From Podarcis filfolensis (taxonomy: Eukaryota): DNA of 64,000 bases. The stretch lies in assembly GCA_964270895.1 (NCBI GenBank), contig OZ185436.1. One strand, given 5' to 3'. Position 1 is the stretch's first letter. Every line of letters starts with the position of its first letter. Shown here in pieces: positions 1-14,340 of the stretch. Below the pieces are notes generated by a model, which was not told the origin of the DNA, did not search any database, and saw nothing but the letters and a program-made list of their open reading frames with translations. The position numbers and the translations under genes were made by a program.

Positions 1-151
1 ACTCGCTATAGGGAAACTCTCTGTTCCCACATTTTAGCACCCTGGGCAGAACAATCCACACAACTTTGAAGTGGATGTCCCCTGGCTTTCTTTATATTTT
101 GGATAATATGAACATGCAAGAAAACAAAAGTTTTTAGAGCAGAATACGTAC

Positions 152-247
152 ATTGTCAAGCTTATTGCAGATTACTTTTCCATAGCAAGTGTTGTTGTCT
201 CTATTGGGTATTGTCCATTCAAGTGGCCAGAACAGCGCGTGATACAC
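152..247 (-). CDS. TXNRD3: TXNRD3 coding exon 14 (last exon inside window)
   Basis: cttttccag|[32 protein letters not shown]|GTACGT; 96 nt; the C-terminal GCUG and SECIS are outside the window. Confidence 0.95.
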
Positions 248-734
248 CTGGAAAAGAAAATTAGGCTTTTAAAGTTTGTTTTCCCTTTAATGACTTTGTA
301 TTGCACTTTTAATAATATCCCTTGCACTTTTACAATATCTCTAAAGTGGTGTGTGCACGCATCTCAGGAACCTACACCCTCGGGATGAAAAAGAAAGGGA
401 AGCTGCTATCCCTATCCTTGCAAAAAGGAAAAGGAAGAAAGCATGTCGGAGAATTTCCCCACCCCCCACATTTATGCTGTCAGGGAAAATGCCTGTGTGT
501 ATGAGTGAACCTTAACAGAGGGCTAGGGACTACCCTTCCACCAGTAAAAACACTGAGCTAGGGAAACAGGGCTGTGAGGACACAGTTGCTCAAATTCTAT
601 GGAGATTTCTACAGGAAGGAGAATATATCAGGTCAGCTACTGTTCCTACAAAAATAAACTAGATTATGAGGCACAGTATGATTGCACATATATTAATACC
701 CCGAAGAGCACCCATATTTAATTGCAAAGTTTTA

Positions 735-857
<123 letters not shown>

Positions 858-1030
858 CTAAAATTGAAAGCATACACTATGACTCACACATAAAAGCAAT
901 TGGGATGAAAACGCAACAACCATCCTATAAAACTTGCACTGGCCACAGTACAAACAGTAGCTTATACTCTTGCAGCAAAAGCAGCAGCCCAAGCTTAACA
1001 CTTAAAGCAGGGCATAGATACTGGTCTGTA

Positions 1031-1281
1031 CAGTCATACCTTGGTTTTCGAACAGCTTAGTTCATGAACAACTCGGAACTTGAACATCACAAACCAGGCA
1101 GTAGGTGTTCCAGTTTGCGAACTATGCCTTGGAAGTCGAACATCCAGCGTTTCTTCCACGTCTTCCGATTGGCTGTAGGATGCTCCTGCAGCCAATCGGA
1201 AACCGCGCCTTGGTTTCTGAACATTTCAGAAGTCGAGCAGACTTCCAGAATGCATTCTGTTCAAAAACCAAGGTACGACTG
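1031..1281. mobile_element. Tc1/mariner (Tigger-like) MITE, family A
   Basis: TA TSD; TIRs cagtcataccttgg / ccaaggtacgactg; internal palindrome ccgattggctg...cagccaatcgg. Confidence 0.85.
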
Positions 1282-1964
1282 TATATGTTTCCAAGCTCAC
1301 CCCACCCCATCAACCTTCAGGATGCTTCAATATGATGCAGACACTAGCCCTGTCCTTTTGATTATTTGCTTTGATTATTTGACTTCTATACCACTTAATA
1401 TATTTAAAATATCTTTAAGCGGTATACAGAAAACTGAAGCACCAACAGACAACTTAAACAAAATATTAGAAAAATACAGTGTTACATATACAAATGTTAC
1501 AGTAATACAAAGTTACCAATATATAAAAAGCAGTATCAATTCATTTTCCTTCTGACACACCCTCCATCTCAGTCTCCGGATTCTCACACAGGGTCCAACA
1601 AGCTCTCAGCTCACCCACAAAAGTTTCACAATGAGAAGAGTTCCTTGGAAACTCTTCCAAAGTTCAATTCATGTAAAAGTCTGTGTAGTACTTCCGAATT
1701 TTGTTAGGAGCATAAGATAGTCACCATGCAATCACAACTCAACTTAGAGACTAAGTGGCATATAAATAAATACAAAAAATGGCTGTGGCTATACCAGGAG
1801 TTGGACGGGATCAGTGCCTTCCACCGAGATTCATAAGTCCAATGCTATTAGCAACTGATATGGTGCATAAGCTGGACCAGAAGTTACTTAAAGTGGTGAC
1901 ACTAACATGGATGAGCCAATTCCAGGCGTCTTAACCATATCAAAAGACCATTTCAAAAAACCTA

Positions 1965-2219
<255 letters not shown>

Positions 2220-2722
2220 TTACACTTAATAATGAGAGACATCCAATTAAGTCAATCTACTCAGGGAACAACTTCTTCTCTCTCCTGCAGCAATCCCCCC
2301 CCCATCTGCTCCAGAGCGCTTGGGGACCCTCTGGAGCAGATTTAGGATGACATGGGAAAGAGAGCAAAGGGAAATCTGCTCGTGTGGCCTTGGACATTAC
2401 TATATGTGAAGACAGACATCAGAATACCAGTTGGCCACACTATATTGAAGAAAATTAACGTCTAATGAGTACCACACAACTTTTCATACTTGTCAGGTCA
2501 GATCAATTTCTACAATGAGCAGATTCCAACAGCCACACTCATTAGGCTATACGAGGTTTAATCCTTGATATAATAATATCAGATGCTTCTCTAAGTGTTC
2601 AGCTATAAAACAAATTAAACTAATTTAATGGGAAGTGGCCTCTCTTGCTTGGCTTCATACTAATTTAAAATAAATAAAGCCTGCTGTAGTTAAGTTTCAA
2701 AACTGAAAAATTACGCAGGTTT

Positions 2723-2853
2723 TCATAGAATTGTAGAGTTGGACGGGACCACGAGGAGCATATAGTTCAATCCTCTGCAATGCAGGAATCTTTTTGCCCA
2801 ATGTGGGGCTTGAACCCACGACCCTGAGATTAAGATTCTCATGCTCTACAGAT
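2723..2853 (-). mobile_element. tRNA-Lys(CTT)-headed SINE with CR1-type tail (intron 11)
   Basis: Minus: gtagagcatgagaatcttaatctcagggtcgtgggttcaagccccacattgggc (tRNA-Lys like) plus ...ccaactctacaattctatg CR1 tail. Confidence 0.7.
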
Positions 2854-3098
2854 GGATTTGCAACTTTAACAACTGGTAATAGTGAAATGCAGGAATTTAT
2901 AGGCATAAAGTTTTAAACTAATTTTGTCAGCATGCTTAAGATACCTAGTTTCACCCTTAAGAGCTCACGGGTTCTAGGTGATAATTTAGAATAGACTTCT
3001 GAAAGTAGATGTTCTAGGAAGTCTGTTAAAAGACCAAAGCTGATTTCTAAACAAATTTCAGTATGTACCAAGATTAATTAAAGAGTTGGAATACTTAC

Positions 3099-3175
3099 TT
3101 TGCATTAACTGCCACGCCAATTTTGTCCAAGCCAATATTTCTAGTACAAGCATCACGGCCAACAGCTATCAAAAC
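3099..3175 (-). CDS. TXNRD3: TXNRD3 coding exon 11
   Basis: ttgtgcag|VLIAVGRDACTRNIGLDKIGVAVNA(K)|GTAAG; 77 nt. Confidence 0.95.
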
Positions 3176-3352
3176 CTGCACAAAAAGGAATCCTGTATCT
3201 TGTTTTGGTGGTCCTGTATTGAAAAGTCTCTCATGTAATCCAAGCAGCACTATTTGGCTTAAACCAGGGGTGGAGGGTTGTTGTTTTTCCAGTTCAAGGG
3301 TTGCACTGCCTTCTAGGCAATTACAGGTGGCTACATGCCAGTGGCCATGCTA

Positions 3353-3702
3353 GGGACGCGGGTGGCGCTGTGGGTTAAACCACAGAGCCTAGGACTTGCT
3401 GATCAGAAGGTCGGTGGTTCAATGCCCACGACGGGGTGAGCTCCCGTTGCTCGGTCCCTGCTCCTGCCAACCAAGCAGTTCGAAAGCACGTCAAAGTGCA
3501 AGTAGATAAATAGGTACTGCTCCGGCAGGAAGGTAAATGGTGTTTCCGTGCGCTGCTCTGGTTTGCCAGAAGCGGCTTAGTCATGCTGGCCACATGACCT
3601 GGAAGCTGTACGCTGGCTCCCTCAGCCAATAAAGCAAGATGAGCGCCGCAACCCCAGAGTCGGTCATGACTGGACCTGATGGTCAGGGGTCCCTTTACCT
3701 TA
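3353..3702 (+). mobile_element. Sauria SINE (Squam1) in TXNRD3 intron 10
   Basis: gggacgcgggtggcgctgtgggttaaacc head to ...ggtccctttacctta tail; near-TSD tacatg(c/g)cagtgg at 3332-3344 and 3701-3713. Confidence 0.9.
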
Positions 3703-4216
3703 CATGGCAGTGGAAGGTGGGGCCAGAGGCAAAAGTGGATGGAGCAATTGGACAGAGCTACTTTACACACTGACACCCCTCTCCATCCTGCACTGGGGCA
3801 AATGAGCTGTTATCAGAGTTCAAGGGTGGTGAGGGGTGTGGCATGGAAACAGTACCCAACGGCCACACAGATAAGGCCTTGAGGGCCACATTTGGCTCCT
3901 AGGCCCAAGGTTCCCCACATGTGGTTTAAAAAGGAGTTCAAAAATTATTTGGGGTCTAAAAATAGATTCCAACATGCTCATGACAAGCTACCATCTGGCC
4001 AACTCTATGACTGAACCTAGACAGACAGCAAAAGGGAGAGATCCAGTAATGAACTTTGTTGCAAAAGTGTTAGGGTTGTGCAGCAGCAGTTACTGCTAGA
4101 TTCTGGCCCAAGTGTGTCAGCACTGCCAAGTTAAGAATAACTAATTTACCAACCTGCCCACCAAAATAATAAATTTAAACAAAACAAAACAAAAATCACA
4201 AGTGCAGAGCACTTAC

Positions 4217-4309
4217 AGTGTTGTATTCTCCTTCAATCATTTGTATTCCTTCAGTGGATTTTGCAATCACTTTCAGTTTTCCAGGCATACCTTCCTCCAA
4301 CTTTACAAC
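4217..4309 (-). CDS. TXNRD3: TXNRD3 coding exon 10
   Basis: catgcag|VVKLEEGMPGKLKVIAKSTEGIQMIEGEYNT|GTAAG; 93 nt. Confidence 0.95.
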
Positions 4310-4483
4310 CTGCATGGAACAGTCATAAACTTAGGAATTTTATCGCAACCCACATAATACTGTTTTATTACAATGTTCACTTTATTAGCCTTTTCAGGCA
4401 AAACCCGCCCCCCAACTGTGTTTACACATATGCCATATTGCTCAAAGTTGCACAAAAAGATTTCAAACATCAGCGTTTTCCTA

Positions 4484-4753
<270 letters not shown>

Positions 4754-4824
4754 TTATCACTAATGTTTAAATACTGAGAAGCCCTTTTAATCTACTGAAA
4801 AGCAGTCATTTAATTCAAGCTCAC

Positions 4825-4940
4825 CTTGTAATACAGTACTCTCTGTCTCCTGGGATACCTAGATATCGTGGTCTTTCTCCTGTGGCTATAACATATGTCT
4901 GAGCTGTGCAGTAAGTTTCTTGTCCTTTTCTGTTGGTTGC
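4825..4940 (-). CDS. TXNRD3: TXNRD3 coding exon 8
   Basis: gactag|[38 protein letters not shown](S)|GTGAG; 116 nt. Confidence 0.95.
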
Positions 4941-5520
4941 CTAGTCAACGGAAAGAAAATTTTAGAACTGGTATTCTTCCACACAGCAATGCATTTTCCC
5001 CAAGATACTGCCAGCAAATTACTTTACCAAGAATTACTTATAAGGCAGTAAGACACACTGATCTAAATAATCTATCAACCATATTACATCATGCAGATTT
5101 TTATGTTGTTTTACTTGTGAATAATTAACACTAAAAATTAAAATAATCTTCATGTAGTTACAGTATTGAATTAAATTTGCAATTACAACTTAGTACAAAC
5201 TGAAGTTATTGTTTCTCAAGTGCCTCTTTTCACACAGCAAAATATCTACCCTAGTTTAATTAATTCCGTATTTAGGAAAAAACTTATTCAGCCGAGCAAC
5301 TTCATTTGTGGCTCATCATATATCCATTATGTCGATTGTGTAATACTTTTTGAGGTGTCTGATGCTGTACAAGACCATACAGTTGCAACTGAAACAAAAT
5401 AGGTTAAACAGCATTGCTTTTCGTAAACTATCACTTTAACTTGTTCATACACAGTAATGATTATAGAAGCAACACTTCTGAATAGATCAAATGTCAACAA
5501 TGACAAGGTTCTGCAGGTAC

Positions 5521-5663
5521 CTTAATCTTGTGTGGTCCAACAAATTCTCCATAGGCATTGAGGTATGTCACAGACTTATCACGCAAGGCGACCCGATATC
5601 CCCAGTTCAATGATCCTATATAATTTTGAATTGCTTCCACCATGGTCTCCCAGTTGTGTTTAA
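5521..5663 (-). CDS. TXNRD3: TXNRD3 coding exon 7
   Basis: cttttag|(V)[47 protein letters not shown]|GTACC; 143 nt. Confidence 0.95.
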
Positions 5664-6540
5664 CTAAAAGAAATGTTCATACAAAAATTAATTTATCAGA
5701 TCCCACCAACAAAACCAATACATGCATGTGCTGCTTAATGAACACAATGCCTTCCCATGAAATCATTAGTCGCACATTTGCATAATGAGTCTACAATTTC
5801 CATTATTTCCCATGAGAACACTTCCAATGTGACATTTGCTCACTCTCCTCCCTGGTTTCTTCCTGAAATCGCTGCAGCCAATCAACAGGAGACAAAGTAA
5901 ATAAACAAACAAATTTGTCTGACTTTTCCTACTCTGATTAGCCTGATCTTGCTCCCCCTTCCCATGGTTTCTGCCCGAAAATGGCTGCCACCAAGCAGCA
6001 CAGCACAAAAAAACCCAAGGAAATAAGGAAGCCAGATGTTCATATATGTGACTCTGTGGAGCGTATAGTGAGGCTTGGGCAGAAGTCTTTAAATGCAGAT
6101 AAGTGAATTTTCATATAGCGAGCAAGCAGATAGCAGGATTGGGCTGCATGACCCCACTGAAACAAATGCAGGTACTCAGAATGATCTCATAGGTCTCATG
6201 TTTCAATATTTGCAGATAAATACACAGACAGTAGTTGCAATAAAATTTGCAACCTACACCAACAACTTTTGAAAAGATAGTGACAAGTGACTCTCTAAGA
6301 TTCCAAAAACTGATGTATAAAGAAGACAAGCGCAAGTTTATGTAGAACAATCACTTGGTGCCATTAAATAGCCTACTGAAAGGGGGGGGGGGAGAAAGCA
6401 GCACCCCAAATCCCTTACATTCCTTCACTAGCACATGCTAGTAGCCTAGTTAACTTTACACCAGTTTCAGGGCTTTGGTCCCAAAGATAAAAATGCACCA
6501 ATTGCTCTTTTCTCCCATAAATACATTATTTGCTTTCTTA

Positions 6541-6729
<189 letters not shown>

Positions 6730-8948
6730 CTACTATTAGGATGCACAGAACTGCTGGCGTATCTTAGATACCTTACATACACGGTCAACAACACAAACCC
6801 TTACTGCGTGCCGAGCAATATTTATTATTGATCAAGTTTGTTTATTTATATGCCTACTTTACATATGCCCAAAGCTGCTTACAACAAATGTCTTCCAGTT
6901 TACAAAACATATCAAAAAGGACAAAATCAACAACCCGTCAAACATTGGTTCAATTCATTACTGCAAAACTAATAATCTAGGCTTAAATACATAAGAACAA
7001 AGGAAAAAAAGAAAGGTAACAAGCAATAAATAAACCTGTAGCTGCTGCCTTTGACTGCACTCCAAACCTCGGCAGTCTGGCTTAAAGGAAGTTCAGAGGG
7101 AGTGACTCTTCTCACCAGGCTTGATTATTCACAGCCAGCTTCCTCTTATCTCCTGCATAGGAGGCTGGCAGCAATGAAAGGGCAATGTTGGTGAGCCCTC
7201 TTCCCCAGCCTCACCAAAGTTCCAGCTGCAGTATTAAAGGTGGTTAAGACTTGACAACTGACACAGCTTCACATATTTAGGCTTCCTGCCTTTGCCCTGT
7301 TCTATGTATCCTTTTACAGACAGAAGTGAAACCGGAGGCACTTGATATTGATTACTGAATATTAATTTATTTAATATAAATAGTTACATTTTAAAGTTAT
7401 GTTTTATTATGACTTTCTGTATTGGATCAGATTACTGTGAGTTCTTTGTTGTATGTTTTGTTGCTGCAAACCGCCTTGTGTATAGTAACACAGAAAGGCA
7501 GTATACAAACAAAGTGAAATGCAATGAAATATTTTTACTAACAAGCCTCACACTAGCAGAAATGGCTTTACCAAACTAAAAAACTTCCCTGTTCAGGGAA
7601 GTTTTAAATGTATGACATCTTAGTGTATTTTTGGTCTTTGTGGAAGCCGCCCAGAGTGGCTGGGGAAACCCAGCCAGATGGGCGGGGTACAAATTAATTA
7701 TTATTATTATTATTATTATTATTAAAATGACCAAATTTTCCAATTCCACATACAGTATGTGTACATGGTGGGGAGCAACACATGCCTGTGGGAAAGGAAG
7801 AAGCTAAGAAATACATATCCAAAAATGTTAGATGATGCAACTCACATAACCATGCAGATTATACATCAGGAAGATTTAAATGTGAATTGAGACCTTACAT
7901 GCACACTCATCACTAGGGGTCCATAAAATCTAGTGGTTGAATGGCTGTTGAAAGGTTTAATTCTATCCCAATAATATCAGAAACAAAGAGTGTACATTAA
8001 GCATATCTCAGATACAATCAACTTTGGCAAGGAATCCTGTCATGCCACCAGGGGATTGCATAAGCCCTCTGAGCTATTTGTAAAGCTGCCAGTAGTGAAC
8101 TTCCAGGGCTTACAGTGAAGACCACATGCTTCATATAACCTTACAAAATAAGAACTAGTCAAAATTTCTACAACAAACCTTCAACATCTCTGCTACTAGT
8201 TGTTGGGCTGGATCAGACTAACCACGACTGGAGCAGAAATCAGTCCCCCCATTCCTTCTCCCCCTTACAGCTGCTCTTGAGGATCGGGGGAACAGTGTGG
8301 AAGACTGTGGACTGCAGGTAAGGAAAGAGGGATTGGCAAAAGTTGCTTCCCTCCAGCAGCAACCTCCACTGGATTAGAAGCCCTCCCGCTTGCATGTCTG
8401 GAACCAACTGACTGACTGGCAATATACTCATGGAGTTCATCATATCCAGTCTTTTAAACACATCATGTCATTAGAATACACTGAAGGAGAATCAAAGTTG
8501 GATAAATGGGTTCATAGGCCAGACATTTTGTTCTATACTACACTGCACTCTGAACACGACTCTGTTAAAGTCATTATTCTGCTGCCGTAACCTTAAATGA
8601 GGAAGCCAATGCCACAGTCACAAGATCAGTATGTGCTTATGTAACAGGAACATAATGGCCATGGTTCCAATTTTGTGCTGCATAGGTTTAAGAGTCCCTT
8701 TGATGAGAAATATTCAAGTCCTTCCATACGAACAAAAACATTAGCCAAATAATACTTTTTGTAGGACACAGATCTAAAGAGAGGTTTGCTGAGGATTTGA
8801 AGAAAGCCGGAATTAGAAAGCCATCACATTGACTATATGTTATGCTCAAGAGCACACAGCAAAACAGACACTAATGAATGAACAACCCCCAGCATGCTAG
8901 TTGGCTGACTAAGTAGCAACACTGAAATCTGTTCAAATCACTACTTAC

Positions 8949-9021
8949 CCCATGTTGTACCCAGTGGTGTTGGCACAACGTAGTCTAGCACCATGACCTT
9001 CTTTCCTAAGGAGGCAGCTTC
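8949..9021 (-). CDS. TXNRD3: TXNRD3 coding exon 5
   Basis: ttttatag|EAASLGKKVMVLDYVVPTPLGTTW(G)|GTAAG; 73 nt. Confidence 0.95.
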
Positions 9022-10679
9022 CTATAAAAAACAAACAAGTGAACATCAGACCTATGCAGATGTAGAAGACTGTCCCTTTTTAGGTGCAGTTTAACAGTTC
9101 ACATTCGTGAAAACAGTTATGCCCTAAGGAACAGAAGTTACCATTTGTGACAAGGAAGAGAACAGCCACTGGCTGAAATGCAGTTATTCATGTTTCTTCA
9201 ACACAGCAATTTAGCACATAATTCACACTAGCATTCCTAGCTATATGTCCTTACTTCTCCCACGCATAGACACACCCTACATGAAACATTTCTTTTTTCA
9301 CCTCTCACAGTTGATTTAAATCTTGGTTTGTTCTACCACATTAGGGTTATTTTCTAAGCAGTTTCATTCCTAGGACTTTCACCTATGCCTCCCAGCACTC
9401 TCTGTAGAATGCAAAGATTTCCCATACATTCAAATACTCCCTCCCCCCATGCCCAAACTGAGGATAATGCAAAATGTGAATAAGAAGTTGCCACTGGCTA
9501 AATATGTACAATAGGTGTGTTGTAGTATCATGTTATACAGGTGAAAGAGACTTCTGTCAATTAATAACCTTTTCCTTCTGCAAGAGAAGAAGGGGCGTTA
9601 AACTTAAATTTATGGCATGCGTTATGAATGGTTTAATTCTCAAACAAGTTGAGTACTGGACAACCATCAGTGATCCACAAGCTTCGTCTGTGGCACACTA
9701 AATATGTATTTTGATTCTTAATTGTATTTTTATTACTTCTTTTATTTCCTAGATTATATTTTATTGTTTAACAATTTAAATTCTATGGAATTCAAATTAT
9801 AATACAATAAATTACAACGTAAGAAATAAAAGCAATAAAAACACAATTAAAACTTGCACAGTATCTTGTGCAGTGCATTATTTATTTTACTTTATTTATT
9901 TATTAAATTATCACAATAGCAATATCTCTCCCCAAGGCAGAAAATCATTAAGTGGTATGCCAATTGCACCAGCCATTTTCAAGTCATTCACAGGGAGAAA
10001 AGTTTGGGAACAACTGTTCTCGAACACAACACAAAACCTAGCAATCCATTAGCTCCTCTCTTAATAAGCAGATGATTAGATCTCAAGAGCTATTTCCTAG
10101 TAATTAGACTGCAGGGTCTTTCACATGTAAAGCTAACTTGGATGGCATACTTCAGGGATGTGGATCCTGTGGCCCTCCAGATGCTGTTGCCCTGCCACTT
10201 CCATCATCCTTGACCCACTGACTACAACTGGTGGTGGCTGATGAAAGTTGGGATTCTAAGAACATCTGGAAGGTCACAGGTTTTCCAATGCTGTTATATA
10301 CAAACACCCCCTTTTTCTTGGCTGCTCAGAGATAACGTAATAGTCTTGACAGCACAATCCTATGCATGCTTGCTCGGAAGTAAAGTCTACTTAATTCAAT
10401 GAAACTTCATCCCAGTTTTGTTTTGAAGAATGCAACTTGAATCTCTCATAGAAACATCGTCACCCACATCCACACACGCGGCCAGGTTTCTTTAGCCCTT
10501 TTGCTGCAGGGTCAAAAGATTTAGGCAAGCTGTCTGAACTGTGGTTCCACTCAGATATGGAATGCTGCTGAGGTAACTATACTGTGAATGAGATTTTTAA
10601 AAATGTAAGGCGTCGGTTGGAAAATATGAAACCACATACAATTCACTATATGCTTGGAACCTGTTTGTAGAGTTCATAC

Positions 10680-10799
10680 CTTAGAACATGAAAGCCCACC
10701 GGAACCACCACCAATAACAATTAGGTCATAATCGTAGGCTTCCATCTCTTCGCCTTTCCCATCCCCTAAAAGCTTCTGCAATAAGCCACTATGGTAAGC
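10680..10799 (-). CDS. TXNRD3: TXNRD3 coding exon 4 (linker and GGGSGG FAD-binding motif)
   Basis: ttttacag|AYHSGLLQKLLGDGKGEEMEAYDYDLIVIGGGSGGLSCSK|GTATG; 120 nt. Confidence 0.95.
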
Positions 10800-11638
10800 C
10801 TGTAAAAAGGACACAAGACACAGAAATCAGAATACAAAATACTTTGTTAGTATTACAAAGCTAGGTTATATCCAATGCTCTCCTCCTAGAAATGGACAGC
10901 TCTTTAATCTAGCAGCAGCAGGAGAAGGCAACTTTCCACAAATCCTACCTTTTCCTGTAGTGCCCTGCACCACCTTCCATTCTGCTCCAGAGGGTTACCT
11001 TGCCCTCTGAAGCATAGTTTTGTGATGACACAGGGTGTCTCAGAAGTAAGGGGAACTCTGCCAAAAACACCTCCCTCCCCATTCCATTCATTGAACCCTC
11101 CACTAAATTCAAGAGCCTTCTGTGAGTAGTAGAACTGTTGGATACAAACTCACTGAGTACAGATGTTTTAAGATCAGGGTCTGTTTTACTCATTTAAGAT
11201 GCAGCTGTCCTGATAAGGAAGCCCTTGCACTTGCCTGACCTTTAAGAAAACTTAAAGCTAGTACCACAATTCTATACACTCTTTATTGGGAAAGAAAATA
11301 GAAGGTAAAAGTAAACATATATCGTTTCTGGCTGCACATCTAAAAACAACAACAGCAATGAAAGAGCAATACTAGGAAATGTAGATATCAATAATGTAAC
11401 CTGAAGTCCTCCTGATAAAAAGAACCCATATAAAACAGGGTGGTTGTTTGCTTCTTACTGGTGCATACACTTCCCAAGCCTGATACAAAGGATAGCTGCA
11501 ACTTTATGAATTCCAAACTTTATGTACTGCATAACAAGATAGCACAAGTGACACTGTTTGGAGACGCTAGCTACAAAAGCATAATCATTATCTCATAACA
11601 ATTCATTTTCATGCCAAGAGGAGGAAGAGCGAGATTAC

Positions 11639-11748
11639 CTGGAAAGTTTGATCACATCCACCCACATGAGTTCCATTTACAAATACATTAGGAACAGTCC
11701 TCTGACCTGTCAATTCTAGCAACACCTCCTGAATGCTGGGCCCCTCAT
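11639..11748 (-). CDS. TXNRD3: TXNRD3 coding exon 3 (Grx TVPNVF and GGCD motifs)
   Basis: ctctcttag|(D)[36 protein letters not shown]|GTAATC; 110 nt. Confidence 0.95.
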
Positions 11749-12217
11749 CTAAGAGAGAAGAGGGAGGGTAGAATTAAAACCTACAACTCTGCTAAGATCT
11801 ATGCATTGCAAGACACTATTCCACCAGCTATAATAAAAGTGGCACTTAAAACAGAAGATAATGTATATAAAGCCGTTACATAAGTATGGCAGATAAGAAT
11901 CAGGAAAACATCTCATTCAGACTGACCACATCTGGATGAAAGACTCATCATGGTTTAGCATTATGGAGAATGAGCTTCAGCAATGCTCCATCTTCTTCAG
12001 CAACATGGTCACAAGCAGATTATAAATTTCTCTGCATCTGTTTTAGATTAACTGCTGTTTAGTTCATAGTCCAAAAAGGTAGTTAATCTTAACTATGATT
12101 ACTTGAAGCAAGGCAGCTTCATAAATTATGCTTTGCAGTTGACTGGTCTTTACTAACTATATTTAAGATTGATCCGTGTGCCTCAGCTCCAGCAATGCAG
12201 CAGATTGCAGATACAAT

Positions 12218-12253
12218 TATTCATTCATTCATTCATTCATTCATTCATTCATT
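12218..12253. repeat. (ATTC)n microsatellite
   Basis: Direct reading. Confidence 0.9.
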
Positions 12254-13920
12254 TTGGGCAGTTTACATGAAAGAAGTGACTTAACATCATGAATCTAACA
12301 AGAACCTGGAAATTCTCTAAATCCAAAATCTAACATTCCAGTACAGTATATTCCAAATGCAGAGAGATTTAGACCAGCTCACAAACTGGTCTAAATCTCT
12401 TCCTGTTCTTCCACTCACACTGTTCCCAATGGAGGGGAAAGTTGTTTTTTAATCCCAGTAAAGTAGATGGAGATGCACAAGAACACTCCTCCAACCTGCC
12501 AGCACAAGCCCAGCAGTGTGCTAGATGGGTGGTGAAACCACCTTTAGATCCTCACAACCTTAAAGCTTCAACGTTGCATCATTTAGGCCTGGTTCACATG
12601 TAACACCACATTTAATATAAACTGGGATTTATCACAAAGGAGTAGTGTGTTGATGCACACTGCTGCATCACCCCCTTGCTTCTCCCTTTCCAAAGCTAGG
12701 AAGAAATATACTGCAGACTGGCTTAATGATACATGCAAAACAGCTGGGTTGGTGGCAGGGGCATAAGGCCAGCCTCCAATATGCTTTCTAAAGCAGGGTG
12801 GGTACAATTTAATAAGTGAGCTCCAAGCATGCTGCTGATTCATGTTAGACCATGGCTTATTTTTAGCTATGATGCAATTTTAGAGAAAACTGGGCTTAAG
12901 CCTAAGTCAGTAGAATCCTTTTTGCACTTCAAGTCATAATTCAAACACAAGATCAGTCTCAATTATAAACTCATAAAAATTATGTCTCTGTAGAATTGTA
13001 AGCCTTAGGATATAGTGATACAGTTCAAAAGGATTTGATAAACCTCGTGTTCAATTATTGCATGAGGGTTTCATATAAGAGATAAGAACTCACTTGTTTC
13101 CTCAGCCTGGCTTTTCAACTTTGATGCATATTAAAAGTCAATACATATTCAAAACAACACCAGCCCTTTCTTCCAAATGTACCCCCGTTTTAATGTTCTA
13201 GTTTGCCTTTTGACCTAGATTGAGGCTCCAAGGAAGCTCACAAATGGGATATCAACAAAACAAATGATTGTTTAAAACAAAAACAAACCTCGATCTATAG
13301 CACAAAGAATATAGCCTATGAAGGCAGCAGTTACTTTGTTAATTGGTTGTATCTAAAAAAAGTTTTGTATTTTACTATTACTATAGCTTTCTTTTAACTC
13401 GCTGACAAGCAAAATGTGGCAGAATGTGCATCAAACCAAACTATTCATTTAATGTTTTGGTACCTGACACATTGATTAAAGCTAAAAGAATCCAAAATTA
13501 TCATCGTGTTGCTGTATTGGTCCAGATCATGCAACACACAAAAGAGGCGAGGGGAAAACATTTAATTTGGTCATCTTATATTGGTAAAAAGAATTAAGCA
13601 AGCTCTCATCTTACCTGTGGGTTACCTTTCATTCTGCCTGAGAGCTCTGTGCAATCAATCTTATAAAGATAACATTATCTAGGTAAAAGCCCCAATGAAT
13701 GGTGGATTTTACTGAATAAGTAAGCCTACAACCATGCTTTAAAAAGCCAAAACATTCACTCCAAACTAAGCCAATGCAGTACAAAATAGATGAAAGAATT
13801 AAGAAAGAGAAAGAACTTCTGAAACATTTCCCCAGGATGGATCAGAATCAGCACTATCAATCTCAGAATGCCTGGGCTCAACAATAGACTCGATTATAGT
13901 TGGTGCTAGAATTCTTGCCA

Positions 13921-13931
13921 ATGAGTCAGCA
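13921..13931 (+). promoter_or_regulatory. NF-E2/NRF2-MAF type element in TXNRD3 intron 2
   Basis: ATGAGTCAGCA (TGCTGACTCAT on minus), exact consensus match; function untested. Confidence 0.4.
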
Positions 13932-14279
13932 ACTTTCTTTCTGAAGTTTAGATATGTCAATCATTAATAAGTTGGCAACCAATACAACAGATAATATTTG
14001 AAATAAAGGAGTGTACATTTACATTTGCAACAGAAACAGCTTCGTAAGAACAGAGCAGACACAGTCCTTCAAAATTCCAAAAAACGACAAAATTTTACTT
14101 CCCAACACAAAACTCAATTTACTTAAAATCCAAAACTAAGTAACTGGATAAAAAATACATTTTGGGAGTTGTTTTCTTTCATGCAGACTGAAAGGATGCC
14201 TTCATTCAGTAAAATGGTGTGCATTTGTGTAATGTATCTATGGTTATCAACAATGAAAAAGCAAGTTAATTTTACTTAC

Positions 14280-14340
14280 CAATCTTGTCAAGTTCCAGGA
14301 CACTGTATTCTACTGCCAAAGATTGAAAGAGATCTTTCAC
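14280..14340 (-). CDS. TXNRD3: TXNRD3 coding exon 2
   Basis: ttttgcag|VKDLFQSLAVEYSVLELDKI(D)|GTAAG; 61 nt. Confidence 0.95.

Noticed and set aside
1-151. Sec codon / SECIS element
   Set aside because: The window ends inside intron 14; the terminal exons and 3' UTR are not present.
2775-2853. tRNA-Lys gene
   Set aside because: 5' acceptor/D-stem eroded, substitutions in the anticodon arm and a fused CR1 tail: a SINE, not a functional tRNA.
13615-13678. Possible poison exon in intron 2 (cctag acceptor, two GT donors, in-frame TGA)
   Set aside because: 53 or 64 nt, frame-shifting, with a weak acceptor. Such pseudo-exons are common and there is no transcript evidence.
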